Both the position numbers and the translations under genes were made by a program. Under the pieces are notes generated by a model. That model did not search any database and was not told where the DNA came from. It was given only the letters and a program-made list of their open reading frames with translations. This document shows positions 19,861 to 29,155 of a stretch of 64,000 bases of DNA, piece after piece (within the stretch, counting starts at the first letter, position 1; the number at the start of each line of letters is the position of its first letter). Where the stretch lies: the IMG/VR virus record IMGVR_UViG_3300023179_000009, positions 248,001 to 312,000 of that record; one strand, 5' to 3'.

Positions 19861-21063
19861 ATGAGAACACAACAACAAAAAGCTTTTTTTGATTGGACGG
19901 AAGATCAGAGTTTGGCTCAAAAAGGTATCCAGCCTCCCAAGCCAAACGCCGATCAGATTCGGACAATGCTTGCTCAAAATAACTCTAAGTGTCCGCTGAA
20001 TGACATAGTTGTTAGCCCATCCAACGAAGGCAACATGCGAATTTTGCGTAGGTTCGCCTTTTCTTCATATTGCTATCACAACCACACCTGTAGGGGTTGC
20101 AATTTTGGAATTTACAGTCCCCCAGGTCAAGGTAAAACTTTTGTTGTGAAGAAGTTTGCTGAAACTATTGGGATTCCTTTTGTTTTTGTTCAAAGCAGTT
20201 CTTTAGAGAACAATTTCATGCTGTTTCAGCAGATCTCTGAGGTTATGGAAAAGTTTGGAACTCCTTTGGTTCAAGAACAACACAAGGATCGAGACTTTTA
20301 TTTGCCTCCTTGTATTGTGTTTTTTGATGAGGCGCATGAGTTAAAAGATTCTATGACAAAAGGATCTTTGTTAAATGCCATGGAGCCGAACGATGCAATG
20401 ATGGTTGTGAAAACTCCTGGCAAAAATGGTTCAACTTTTCGTGTTGATTGCTGGGAGGTTTGTTGGATCGCAGCAACCACAGAGCGGGGCGATCTTTTCG
20501 ATGCGTTTGAAAGTCGTCTCAGCACTGCTATTGAATGGCATCCTGCCGAGGGTGATGAGTTGGTTCAAATTGTAAAGAATGGTTTGACCAACAAAGTTAA
20601 AACTGGCGAGTTGCCTTATGCTCCTCCAGATGATGTTTGTGCTTTGATTGCAAAATATCAGAAGGTTCCTCGCTTGGCAATTCACGGCTTCGGAACAAAG
20701 GTGGTTCAACATAAAATGTATATGCCAAGTTGTTCTTGGCGTGAGTGTTGTGATGTTGTGGCAAATGATATTGGCATGAACAATTTCGGTTTAACCAAGA
20801 AGCAGATGGTCATCCTGTCCGCACTCGGACAGCGACCAATTGCAGAAAATCGCCTTGCGGATATTGCTCGTTGCAGGTTGGCTCAGATTAAAAAGTACGA
20901 ACTGCCAGCATTGATGCAATACTCAGCAGGTGGCCCTTTTGTAATCAGTGTTTCTGGCAAAGGTCTCTGTATTACCAAGGCCGGAATATCGCTACTTGAT
21001 AAAATGAACATAGAACACAACGGTTCAAAAATTACCGCAGAGTTTTTTGAATCTAGGCGTTGA
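19861..21063 (+). CDS. AAA+ ATPase, RuvB-like
   Basis: YSPPGQGKT, FFDEAH, IAATT....DAFESR, VPRLA, C-terminal wHTH-like GLT...IL..L...E.P.L; start at ATG 19861 after AGGAG. Confidence 0.65.
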   Translation: MRTQQQKAFFDWTEDQSLAQKGIQPPKPNADQIRTMLAQNNSKCPLNDIVVSPSNEGNMRILRRFAFSSYCYHNHTCRGCNFGIYSPPGQGKTFVVKKFAETIGIPFVFVQSSSLENNFMLFQQISEVMEKFGTPLVQEQHKDRDFYLPPCIVFFDEAHELKDSMTKGSLLNAMEPNDAMMVVKTPGKNGSTFRVDCWEVCWIAATTERGDLFDAFESRLSTAIEWHPAEGDELVQIVKNGLTNKVKTGELPYAPPDDVCALIAKYQKVPRLAIHGFGTKVVQHKMYMPSCSWRECCDVVANDIGMNNFGLTKKQMVILSALGQRPIAENRLADIARCRLAQIKKYELPALMQYSAGGPFVISVSGKGLCITKAGISLLDKMNIEHNGSKITAEFFESRR

Positions 21064-21138
21064 AAACAATGTTGTTAAAGATTTTTAATTTGATTAGAAT
21101 GATGACTTCACTCAAACCCCAACAAGTGGAGTTATCAC

Positions 21139-21765
21139 ATGGAATCTTTAAAAAGCGAAGTTAAGACATATTACGAAGGCGGAAGAGGCAAAAAACAATG
21201 TTCGAAGTGCTACAAATACGTCGCCGCAGTAACAAAAATTTGTGCTTGCGGAGCCGAATTTGCCGCAAAGACAAATTTTAAGGCTGAAATTTCCACCTTC
21301 TCGACAGGAGGCAGGGGTAGAAAAGAATGCCCTGACTGTCGTAAGTTTGTTGGCGCAATAGTGCCAAAATGTGTTTGTGGCTTTGATTTTAAACAAGCGA
21401 AGATTTCCAAAAAAGACGCATTATCTCAATCAATCAAATCGGCACTACAAGCAGCGAACTTACAATCCCAAGAAAAACTTACATTAAGTCCCGAATTTGC
21501 TTCTTTAATGGTTGGGTGCAAGTCAACAATAATCGCACCAGCAGGAAGTTGTCCTCATAAACTCGACAGTACGGAACCTGATAAAATAGATGAATGGATC
21601 AGCAAGGTGAGATTGTCATTCAAAAACAAACAACAGTTTCTAACAATCTCTGGAGTAATTTATTTCATTCATCAATTTTTTAATATGTTCAGTCCAGAAT
21701 ACAAAATTGTCAGGGATTACGTAGAAAAAAGTTTAGGTTCGGAAAGAAGTTTAGGTCTTAGTTAA
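21139..21765 (+). CDS. protein with two tandem Zn-ribbon repeats
   Basis: GGRGKKQCSKC...CACGAEF and GGRGRKECPDC...CVCGFDF. Confidence 0.65.
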   Translation: MESLKSEVKTYYEGGRGKKQCSKCYKYVAAVTKICACGAEFAAKTNFKAEISTFSTGGRGRKECPDCRKFVGAIVPKCVCGFDFKQAKISKKDALSQSIKSALQAANLQSQEKLTLSPEFASLMVGCKSTIIAPAGSCPHKLDSTEPDKIDEWISKVRLSFKNKQQFLTISGVIYFIHQFFNMFSPEYKIVRDYVEKSLGSERSLGLS

Positions 21766-21792
21766 TACCAACTAGTAAGTCGGAGAGCAACA

Positions 21793-22200
21793 ATGAACAC
21801 GCCAGAAAAACAGCCGATTGTTTTGTCGATGATTTCGCAGGGAACACCAGAGTATCCTCGTTTTTACATAGCCGATCAATATCTTCGTTATTGGACGGGA
21901 GATGGTTGGACGAAGCAAAAAGATGATAAAAACGCATTGATGTATGCTGATTCAAATCAGGCTCTTTCTGATATGAATAGTTTGTTGGTTACCCAACACG
22001 AAAACAAGGTTGTTAAAAGATACAAAGCACCTATTTATATAGAAGTTTTCTCTGATCAAGAAATTCCTTTACGTGACTTAAAGATGTGGCTTTTCAAAGC
22101 AACAAAGTTGTTGATTGATTCGCCAAAACATGGAAATGGTCCAGTGGCTGGTTCTCTCGGCACCTGTAGAATCGAATACTCCGAAATGGAAAGTTACTAA
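21793..22200 (+). CDS. hypothetical protein
   Basis: 135-aa ORF after motif copy and GGAG RBS. Confidence 0.6.
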   Translation: MNTPEKQPIVLSMISQGTPEYPRFYIADQYLRYWTGDGWTKQKDDKNALMYADSNQALSDMNSLLVTQHENKVVKRYKAPIYIEVFSDQEIPLRDLKMWLFKATKLLIDSPKHGNGPVAGSLGTCRIEYSEMESY

Positions 22201-22201
22201 A

Positions 22202-22891
22202 ATGTTTCTTGAATTAGTCACTAAAATTTGCATTGTGATATTTGCCGTTTCGATGGTTAAGGTTAAGGTGTCAAGCCCGGAGTTTGCTACTAATTTTGCT
22301 ATTGCGATGTTGGCTTTGAGTTTTTTGAGAGATTGGTATATTCGGCGTAATGAAATTTTTCGTATGTTGCCTACTTTTGGTTTTTGGTGGATTGTTACAT
22401 ACTTGATATTATTGCCATTAATGCCACTTTCAAAAACTTTGACGGGGCAATATTTTTTCAATGCATGGGAAACAGTTTTTGCAACATCAGTTTGTGCTTT
22501 TGCGTTCAGGGTATTCTTGATTGCCAATGAAGGTGTGGCACGTGCAATTATGACTTTGTTGGGTTTTGATAACAAAAGATTAGACAGGGTTCAGAGGACC
22601 ATGCAACAGAGATTTTATGGCAATGTCAGGAATAAAGGTAACAGTTGTGTGGTCGATGGTTCTTGTGGTATCAATAATTTTGTTCAGCCAGAGCAGGGGT
22701 ATTACTTATATGAATCGTGTGGAGAGCAAGGTTGTTGTTCTAGGTGCGGAGCAGTGGAGGTAAACTCTTTTGAACCTTGTTGGAACTGCGGGCTTGCCAA
22801 GCAACAAGTTGCCACTAGAAGATTTAAATGCAAATCTTGTAAGCCAAAAAATATAGATTTTAATTACACAAATGTTCAACCAAAAAGATGA
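22202..22891 (+). CDS. membrane protein with C-terminal Cys-rich domain
   Basis: About four hydrophobic segments, then CSRCG, CWNCG, CKSC. Confidence 0.55.
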   Translation: MFLELVTKICIVIFAVSMVKVKVSSPEFATNFAIAMLALSFLRDWYIRRNEIFRMLPTFGFWWIVTYLILLPLMPLSKTLTGQYFFNAWETVFATSVCAFAFRVFLIANEGVARAIMTLLGFDNKRLDRVQRTMQQRFYGNVRNKGNSCVVDGSCGINNFVQPEQGYYLYESCGEQGCCSRCGAVEVNSFEPCWNCGLAKQQVATRRFKCKSCKPKNIDFNYTNVQPKR

Positions 22892-24023
22892 TATGTTATG
22901 TACACAAAAGTATCTGCTGTCAGGCAAGACTTGTGATGATTTGAGTAATGAGTTTTGTATAAAAACTAATTTTCACCCAGATCTTCCTTTGGTCATTTTA
23001 AACTATGACCAAATTAATTCTCCTAAAAAACATCCTATTGTTAGGGAGTGTAGAGGTCTTGTTCTAAATAGTAGTGACTGGTCTTTAGTCGCTCGTTCTT
23101 TTCCTAGATTTTTTAATTGGGGAGAAGTTCCTGAAGAAATGGATTTCTTCGATTTTGATGATTTCGTTGTTCAATCCAAAGAAGACGGATCTTTAGTAAT
23201 CATTTATTTTTTCAATAATGAATGGCATGTAAACACAAAAGGTTCTTTTGCAACAGATATGATGCAGAATCAATCTTTTACTTGGAGACAAGCTGTTTGC
23301 AAAGGTTTAGGAATAAGCGATCTAAAAGATCTGAACTCCATATTGGATCCCAAATTAACTTACATTTGTGAGTTTGTTAGTCCTTGGAATAAAGTTGTAA
23401 GATATTACAAAAATCCACAAGTCTATCTACTGACTGCTTTTGAAGAACACAAGGAAATAGCATTAGAAAATATAGATGTTTCTAGAATTAAAGTTTTTCA
23501 AAATCTTGATATTTTTGAATTTAGAAGCATTCAACAAATTCAAAAATTTTTAGAAGAAAAATCTGTGAAAGATAAAACTTTTGAAGGTTTTGTGATTTGT
23601 GATAAAAACAAAAACAGATGGAAGATTAAGAATCCAAGTTATCTCTCTTTACACAAGATTAAAGGTGAAGGAGATAATCTATTTCATCCCAAATACTTAC
23701 TTCCATTTGTTCTAAAAAATGAAGCAGACGAGTTGTTTACTTATTTTGAAGAAGTAAAAGACCAATATTTTTCAATCAAAAATCAAGTAGATAATTTTTA
23801 CGAACAAACCTTAAAAGTTTGGCAAGAAAACAAGAACATAGAATCTCAAAAAGAATTTGCACTATCAATTCAACAAGAAGATTTCAAATCTGTCCTGTTT
23901 GATGTTCGAAAAAAGTACGGTCAAAACCAAACAGAAAAAAATTTGAGAGAAGAATTTTTAGCCCACCCAGATCTGATTCTAAAAAAATTGAAATCAAAGC
24001 AGTCCGTTTTTCAAGAATCTTAA
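22872..24023 (+). CDS. T4 Rnl1-like RNA ligase
   Basis: ECRGL, ARSFPRFFNWGE, motif I KEDGS, CEFVSP.N.VV, EGFV, KIK...Y. Confidence 0.85.
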   Translation: MFNQKDDMLCTQKYLLSGKTCDDLSNEFCIKTNFHPDLPLVILNYDQINSPKKHPIVRECRGLVLNSSDWSLVARSFPRFFNWGEVPEEMDFFDFDDFVVQSKEDGSLVIIYFFNNEWHVNTKGSFATDMMQNQSFTWRQAVCKGLGISDLKDLNSILDPKLTYICEFVSPWNKVVRYYKNPQVYLLTAFEEHKEIALENIDVSRIKVFQNLDIFEFRSIQQIQKFLEEKSVKDKTFEGFVICDKNKNRWKIKNPSYLSLHKIKGEGDNLFHPKYLLPFVLKNEADELFTYFEEVKDQYFSIKNQVDNFYEQTLKVWQENKNIESQKEFALSIQQEDFKSVLFDVRKKYGQNQTEKNLREEFLAHPDLILKKLKSKQSVFQES

Positions 24024-24240
24024 AATTTTTTGGGTCAAAATTTTAGATTTTTTTGCATAAATGCTTGATTTTAAGCCACTTAAAGCGTGTTGTTAACGAT
24101 AAAAAAAAATTTCGGTATTTGATATTGACGACTTCTTTAAAAATTTTCTTGACTTTTGAGTTTTCTGTGTAAGGATTGATTTGAGGGCAAGGGTTGCCCT
24201 AAAGTTTTTACTTTTCAAGAACGGAATCAAGGAACAACCA

Positions 24241-24450
24241 ATGCTTGTTTTAACCAGAAAAGAAGGCGAACAGATACGGATTGGCAACAGCGTGACCATC
24301 ACCTTGGTGTGCGTCAACGGCGATAGAGCAAGAATCGGAATCGACGCTCCAGAAAACATTCCGATTGACAGGGCGGAAATTGCGATAGCGAAGATTAATG
24401 GCGTGGCTCCAAAAAAGTTTAAGAAACTTAATCAAAACCAAAGATGGTAA
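24241..24450 (+). CDS. csrA: carbon storage regulator CsrA/RsmA
   Basis: MLVLTRKEGEQIRIG..V.I......RIGIDAP.NIPIDRAEI signature. Confidence 0.9.
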   Translation: MLVLTRKEGEQIRIGNSVTITLVCVNGDRARIGIDAPENIPIDRAEIAIAKINGVAPKKFKKLNQNQRW

Positions 24451-24471
24451 CTTTGAAGAGGAGAAACAGCA

Positions 24472-25035
24472 ATGTCTCGTAAAGCAAGTGAGTTCACTCA
24501 AGCGATTCGAAAGATTTGTCAAGAACACAATTTCAACATCACTTATGCTGATGCTCGTCCTATTTTGCTTAAAATGGGATTTAAATTAGCAAAAGAACCA
24601 GAAGACAAATCTGAGAATTACAAGGCATTTGAAGAAAAAAGAAAAGGTTCTCTTCCCAAAAAGGAAGAAGAAGTTATTGAATACTACAAAAAGTTTGTAA
24701 AAGCAGCAGGCTTATCAAACTTGGAGTTAGATTCAATAATGAAAGAAGATGCTGTTCATCGTGCTTTTTGTAACGAAAGAAATATTTTTGATGTTACAAA
24801 ACACAACTGGTACCGAACTCTGAACAGGATGGATTTGTCAAGTGTTGTTGTGAAAAAGAAACACCAAACTTTAAAAAGCAAAGAAGCTTTGGAAATAATG
24901 AAACTTCTTTTAGAGTCTGGTGGCTCTGATGCCATTAAGGCTAAAATCAAGTCTTTAAATGTAGAGATAGATCGTTTGTCATCTATCTTGAAAAAGGCCG
25001 TGAAGGTTCGTAAGTTGTTTCCTGACGCTGCTTGA
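24472..25035 (+). CDS. hypothetical protein
   Basis: 187-aa ORF with GAGGAG RBS. Confidence 0.6.
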   Translation: MSRKASEFTQAIRKICQEHNFNITYADARPILLKMGFKLAKEPEDKSENYKAFEEKRKGSLPKKEEEVIEYYKKFVKAAGLSNLELDSIMKEDAVHRAFCNERNIFDVTKHNWYRTLNRMDLSSVVVKKKHQTLKSKEALEIMKLLLESGGSDAIKAKIKSLNVEIDRLSSILKKAVKVRKLFPDAA

Positions 25036-25059
25036 TTTCAAAAATCATTGTTGTAGAAT

Positions 25060-25098
25060 ATCTTGGGTGCGTGATCTTTATGGTCACGCACCCAAGAT
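25060..25098. repeat. 17-bp stem-loop in intergenic region
   Basis: ATCTTGGGTGCGTGATC-TTTAT-GGTCACGCACCCAAGAT, immediately followed by TATAAT and a motif variant. Confidence 0.7.
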
Positions 25099-25147
25099 TA
25101 TAATTTGATACTATCTAGCAGGATGCATCCGACTCAAAAGGAATTTT

Positions 25148-26338
25148 ATGAAATATCAAGTCAATTTGTCACGCACAATTTCTAAGCGTATCCGACCAGA
25201 AAAGATTCAAGCCCAAGTAGACTTTTTAATTCAAAGAGCCATGAACGGTAATCGTGGCAGGTGTTGGGCCTTTGAGTGCGAAAGCGTCAACGGTCCAGAA
25301 TCCACACCGGCTGGTTGGAAATATTCTTGTGATGTAAGTTTTGAAAAAACCAGCGGCAAAGGAATTGGTGGAGAAATTGAATTTAAACAGTGGCAAGATA
25401 TTAAAGCCATGTTAACCCAAACAGGCAAAAATTCAAAGTTCCAAGATAGCCCTTGGATAATCACCGACAATAACGAATCTTTCTCAGAATCGGATGTTGA
25501 AGAAAACAATAGCTCAGTTGACGGCGTAAGCACCGTTGCCGCTTGTGTTTCTGATAAAGTTTTGGATTGGCAGGATCTAAAGTTTCCAGAAGAATTACTT
25601 GAAGGTGATGAAGCACTTGCTGGTCATCCTGCTTTTTGTGATCTTTATGATTTGGGACCGCAAATTCGAACCGTGTTGTCGGCTATCAAGCGTGCAGTTG
25701 ATACAAACGGCGCTAGTAGATACCACTCTGTTTTGTATGGCGAACCTGGGTGTGGAAAGACTAGCACTCTTCGTGCAGTAGAAAAACTTTTCGGTCCTGG
25801 ATCGGTTTTGCATTTGGATGCCACAACCACAACCAAGGCTGGTATTGAGAAATTGTTTTTCAATGAGTTAAAGCAATACCCAAGGCTTGTTTTTCTTGAA
25901 GAAGCAGAGAAGGCACCCGAAGATGGTTTAAAGATTTGGTTAGGTGCCTTGGATGATCGTGGCGAACTTCGAAAGGTAAACTTTCGTCAAACGCAAGTGC
26001 GTGAGATACAGATATTGTTTTTTTGCACCGCCAATAACAAACGTGCTTTTGACAACATGATGGGAACCGGTAGCGGTGAACCTGGCGCATTGTCTAGTCG
26101 CTGTGTAAATGAAATTCAATTTCCTCGACCTGCCGAAAGTACACTTCGAAAGATTTTAGAAAAAGAAATTGATCTTAAAGGCGGAAACAAAAAATGGGTA
26201 ACTCCATGTTTGGATCTTGCTCGTGAATTAAAAGTTGCAGATCCAAGAAAAGTTAAAGCCTTCCTTACTGGCGGGGATAGACTTTTGGATGGATCTTTTC
26301 AAGAAGATCAAAGGTCAATTCGCAAAGTAAATGTTTGA
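25148..26338 (+). CDS. AAA-family ATPase
   Basis: VLYGEPGCGKT, VFLEEAEK, FCTAN, ALSSR. Confidence 0.75.
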   Translation: MKYQVNLSRTISKRIRPEKIQAQVDFLIQRAMNGNRGRCWAFECESVNGPESTPAGWKYSCDVSFEKTSGKGIGGEIEFKQWQDIKAMLTQTGKNSKFQDSPWIITDNNESFSESDVEENNSSVDGVSTVAACVSDKVLDWQDLKFPEELLEGDEALAGHPAFCDLYDLGPQIRTVLSAIKRAVDTNGASRYHSVLYGEPGCGKTSTLRAVEKLFGPGSVLHLDATTTTKAGIEKLFFNELKQYPRLVFLEEAEKAPEDGLKIWLGALDDRGELRKVNFRQTQVREIQILFFCTANNKRAFDNMMGTGSGEPGALSSRCVNEIQFPRPAESTLRKILEKEIDLKGGNKKWVTPCLDLARELKVADPRKVKAFLTGGDRLLDGSFQEDQRSIRKVNV

Positions 26339-26834
26339 TGTTAAAAAAATAATTTATTTGAAAAAAAATCTTTATTTAAATGATTTTAATTCAAATAATA
26401 TTGTTTTTGTTCCTAATATTTTGAGCGATAGTGGAGTTTTTACTTCTTCTTTTGAATCAGAGGAAGCAAAAAAGCATTATCTAGATTGGTACAAAAAAGG
26501 GGTTTGGAAACAAGATAATGTTTGGTTTTGCAAAAACTTTGTTCTTGGTCAAACTCAATTCCTAAAATGCAATTTTAATGAATTAGATTTTTTTGTTGCC
26601 AATATGCTTTGCAAAAAAGGATTAGGTGGAGTCAGATCTCTTAGGTACAATTCTTTTTCTCGTTGTATGGATTTGTTGGTTTCTTTTTGTGAGAAACATA
26701 GTTTTGATTTGTCTAAAGTTGAAGTTAGAATCAACTACGGTAGTTTCGAAAAAGGAGTTGATTGGAAATTGGTTGAAAGTCTGATATTTGATTGTTGGGT
26801 CGAAAGAGGCTTGCAAGTAAAAATTTATCTTTGA
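26331..26834 (+). CDS. divergent macro-domain-like protein
   Basis: Y..WY...LG..Q...VANM....G.....RY.....C...G...DW.LVE.LI layout of phage macro (Appr-1-p) proteins; the N-terminal motif is degenerate. Confidence 0.4.
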   Translation: MFDVKKIIYLKKNLYLNDFNSNNIVFVPNILSDSGVFTSSFESEEAKKHYLDWYKKGVWKQDNVWFCKNFVLGQTQFLKCNFNELDFFVANMLCKKGLGGVRSLRYNSFSRCMDLLVSFCEKHSFDLSKVEVRINYGSFEKGVDWKLVESLIFDCWVERGLQVKIYL

Positions 26835-26841
26835 GGATAAG

Positions 26842-27996
26842 ATGGAATATTATCATTGGCAAACTATGGTTGATGAACATCGTTGGATTCATCGACAAGA
26901 CAAAAAGAGAGTTCGTAATCTGACTGATGCTCAGATTAGGGATATTGAAATGGAGAATATATTGACTACTCCATTTAAAAAAGAGTCTAATCGTTGGCGC
27001 AGAGTGATTCGTTTGACAGGAGAAAATGTTTGGATCAATGCTGGCAAGCCATACTACAACATTCACCCTCAAATGGTTAGGTCGCTTTGCAATACAAATT
27101 TAGACAAGATACCAGCAAATTTGATCGAAGTTCCGGCGGGTCTGGAGGCAGTAGTTTTTAGATTTGCCGAGGATGTTCCGATTCGCCATATCTCAAATGA
27201 TGGATTTCACACTGTGGCAGCAGATGAGGTGCATCATTCTCCCATTTATTGTAGATCAGTTTTGTTTGGAAAAATAAAAAACGATCATTCAAAAAATGTA
27301 GCTGAAAATATAAAGAAAACCGCAGGAGATTTTTTTCAATTAATGAACATGCCTTCTTTAAGCGACAGTGTAAAATCTGTTATAGATATGGCCTCTGAAG
27401 GCTTTTATAAAGATGTTGATGACTTTATGATAATGTGTGTTGACGAAGGCTTTAGAGTTAAAGATCGTGGCGTTGATAGAAGTTTGTGTAATTTGATCAC
27501 TATTAATTGCAAACATGGTCAAAGCGTCTCAGAAGCAATACAGACTACCGTAGAACAAGCCTCCGCTGGTGAACAGGCTGTTATGGTTACTATGGGTAAT
27601 CGTTTATCAAATCTAATTCGTGTGATCGTATCTGCTGGTTTTTTGGCAAATTGTCCTGAAGACGATTTGGTTGTCCCAGATATTTTGAGTGCTGATAAAC
27701 AAAGTTTCAAAGATGCCTCTCAACGTGGAGATTCGGCGGCAATCCAAACTATTGTTGAGCGTGCAAAAAGGCGTGGCAAAAACGGTTACAATATCGGCAC
27801 ATCAGAGATGTTCGTCTCAGAGAACGAATCTGAACATCAAAAACAATACGATAGCACCGGCAAACAATTAAGTTTTAGCCACTTACGTGGTGGTCATCCT
27901 CATGCCGTCAGATATGGTGAGGGCAAAAATAAAGTAAAAATTAAATGGTTTAGACCAACTAGAGTCAGGCCGGATCTGCCATTTAAAAATGTTTAA
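26842..27996 (+). CDS. hypothetical protein
   Basis: 384-aa ORF, C-terminal HLRGGH..VRYG.G....KWF.P motif. Confidence 0.6.
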   Translation: MEYYHWQTMVDEHRWIHRQDKKRVRNLTDAQIRDIEMENILTTPFKKESNRWRRVIRLTGENVWINAGKPYYNIHPQMVRSLCNTNLDKIPANLIEVPAGLEAVVFRFAEDVPIRHISNDGFHTVAADEVHHSPIYCRSVLFGKIKNDHSKNVAENIKKTAGDFFQLMNMPSLSDSVKSVIDMASEGFYKDVDDFMIMCVDEGFRVKDRGVDRSLCNLITINCKHGQSVSEAIQTTVEQASAGEQAVMVTMGNRLSNLIRVIVSAGFLANCPEDDLVVPDILSADKQSFKDASQRGDSAAIQTIVERAKRRGKNGYNIGTSEMFVSENESEHQKQYDSTGKQLSFSHLRGGHPHAVRYGEGKNKVKIKWFRPTRVRPDLPFKNV

Positions 27997-28067
27997 TTAT
28001 TTTTAAAACCTTGACGATCACATTTTCTAACGTATCATGATTGTGTCACACATGAAGGGATTTCGCA

Positions 28068-29111
28068 GTGGACACTCAAGAAGATTTTGACTTTCTTAAA
28101 GCAATAGAAAACACAGAGCCCGACTTTGTTCGGGCATACCTTGGAGGCATTAAGTCAGATATGTCTAAGACAAATGTTCAACTTACCGTTCGTCAGTGCG
28201 CATCTTTACTTGGCGTTTGCCAGAATACTGTTCTCAACCACATCAAAGCAAACAAATTAAAAGCCAAACTTGTTGAAGGCCAGTGGTTTATACAAGAAAG
28301 CGATTTTGATTCATACAGGTCGTCTATTGTTGTTTCAAAAGGAAAAGATAGTCGTTCGATTATAAGATTTTCTAAAAAATCAAAAGAAACTAAAGTTTCT
28401 TCAAACAAAGAAGAGGTTCATGTCATGGATGAAAAAATTCGTTATCAAAAAGCAACCTCAAGAACTGTCACAGACTTTCTTCACGATTGGCACCGCAACA
28501 AGTCGTCCGGATTTTCCTTGTTGACTATTTGCAGAGACTTTAACCAAGTTTCAGCAAATCCAACCAATGAAAATCAGATGAGCGGGATTTTGTCATCGCT
28601 TAGAAACAAGGGAATAGTTATCCGCAAAGGCAAGGGCATTTACCAAGTTAGCCCTTCAATTGTCGGAGAAATAATTGAAGATCAATCGCATTCAACTACA
28701 GATACCACTCCAGAAACACAGGCAACTTTAATCGACACAGACATTGAGCAAATTCGCACTTCTTTGAAAAAGACTGAGCGAATGGCTGTTGAGGCTTTTA
28801 TAAGAAATCATGCTTCTCCCGGTGTTGATTTTTATTTTACAATCGCTGATGTTGCTCGTGAGTATCCGCATCTTGATCGCAACAAACTCGGCAAAGCTTG
28901 CGTTAACATGTGCCAAACCGGCAAACTTGTAAAGAGCCAAGGTTTGGGAGAATATGTTAAGCAAACTAAAGAAAACCATGTGCAAGAACGAAATCAGAGT
29001 GTCAAGCAACCTTCTACCGATAGCGTTCTTGAAAAAATTAATCGAATCATCAACTCTGACTTTGAAGATAAATTTAAAGAGGAACTTATAAAAGGAATTA
29101 TGCAAAATTAA
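28068..29111 (+). CDS. multi-HTH DNA-binding protein (excisionase-like HTH at N-terminus)
   Basis: LTVRQCASLLGVCQNTVLNHIKANKLKA..V.GQWFI; later wHTH-like LSSLRNKGIV...GKGIY; upstream TTGACG-16-TATCAT (28011-28038). Confidence 0.65.
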   Translation: MDTQEDFDFLKAIENTEPDFVRAYLGGIKSDMSKTNVQLTVRQCASLLGVCQNTVLNHIKANKLKAKLVEGQWFIQESDFDSYRSSIVVSKGKDSRSIIRFSKKSKETKVSSNKEEVHVMDEKIRYQKATSRTVTDFLHDWHRNKSSGFSLLTICRDFNQVSANPTNENQMSGILSSLRNKGIVIRKGKGIYQVSPSIVGEIIEDQSHSTTDTTPETQATLIDTDIEQIRTSLKKTERMAVEAFIRNHASPGVDFYFTIADVAREYPHLDRNKLGKACVNMCQTGKLVKSQGLGEYVKQTKENHVQERNQSVKQPSTDSVLEKINRIINSDFEDKFKEELIKGIMQN

Positions 29112-29117
29112 TTTTTC

Positions 29118-29154
29118 ATGGAAAAAAATCTTTTACCAAAAGAAGAACTAAATC
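29118..29154 (+). repeat. left copy of 37-bp direct repeat (mscL 5' end) flanking the cas-CRISPR cassette
   Basis: ATGGAAAAAAATCTTTTACCAAAAGAAGAACTAAATC, identical to 31770..31806. Confidence 0.95.
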
Positions 29155-29155
29155 T

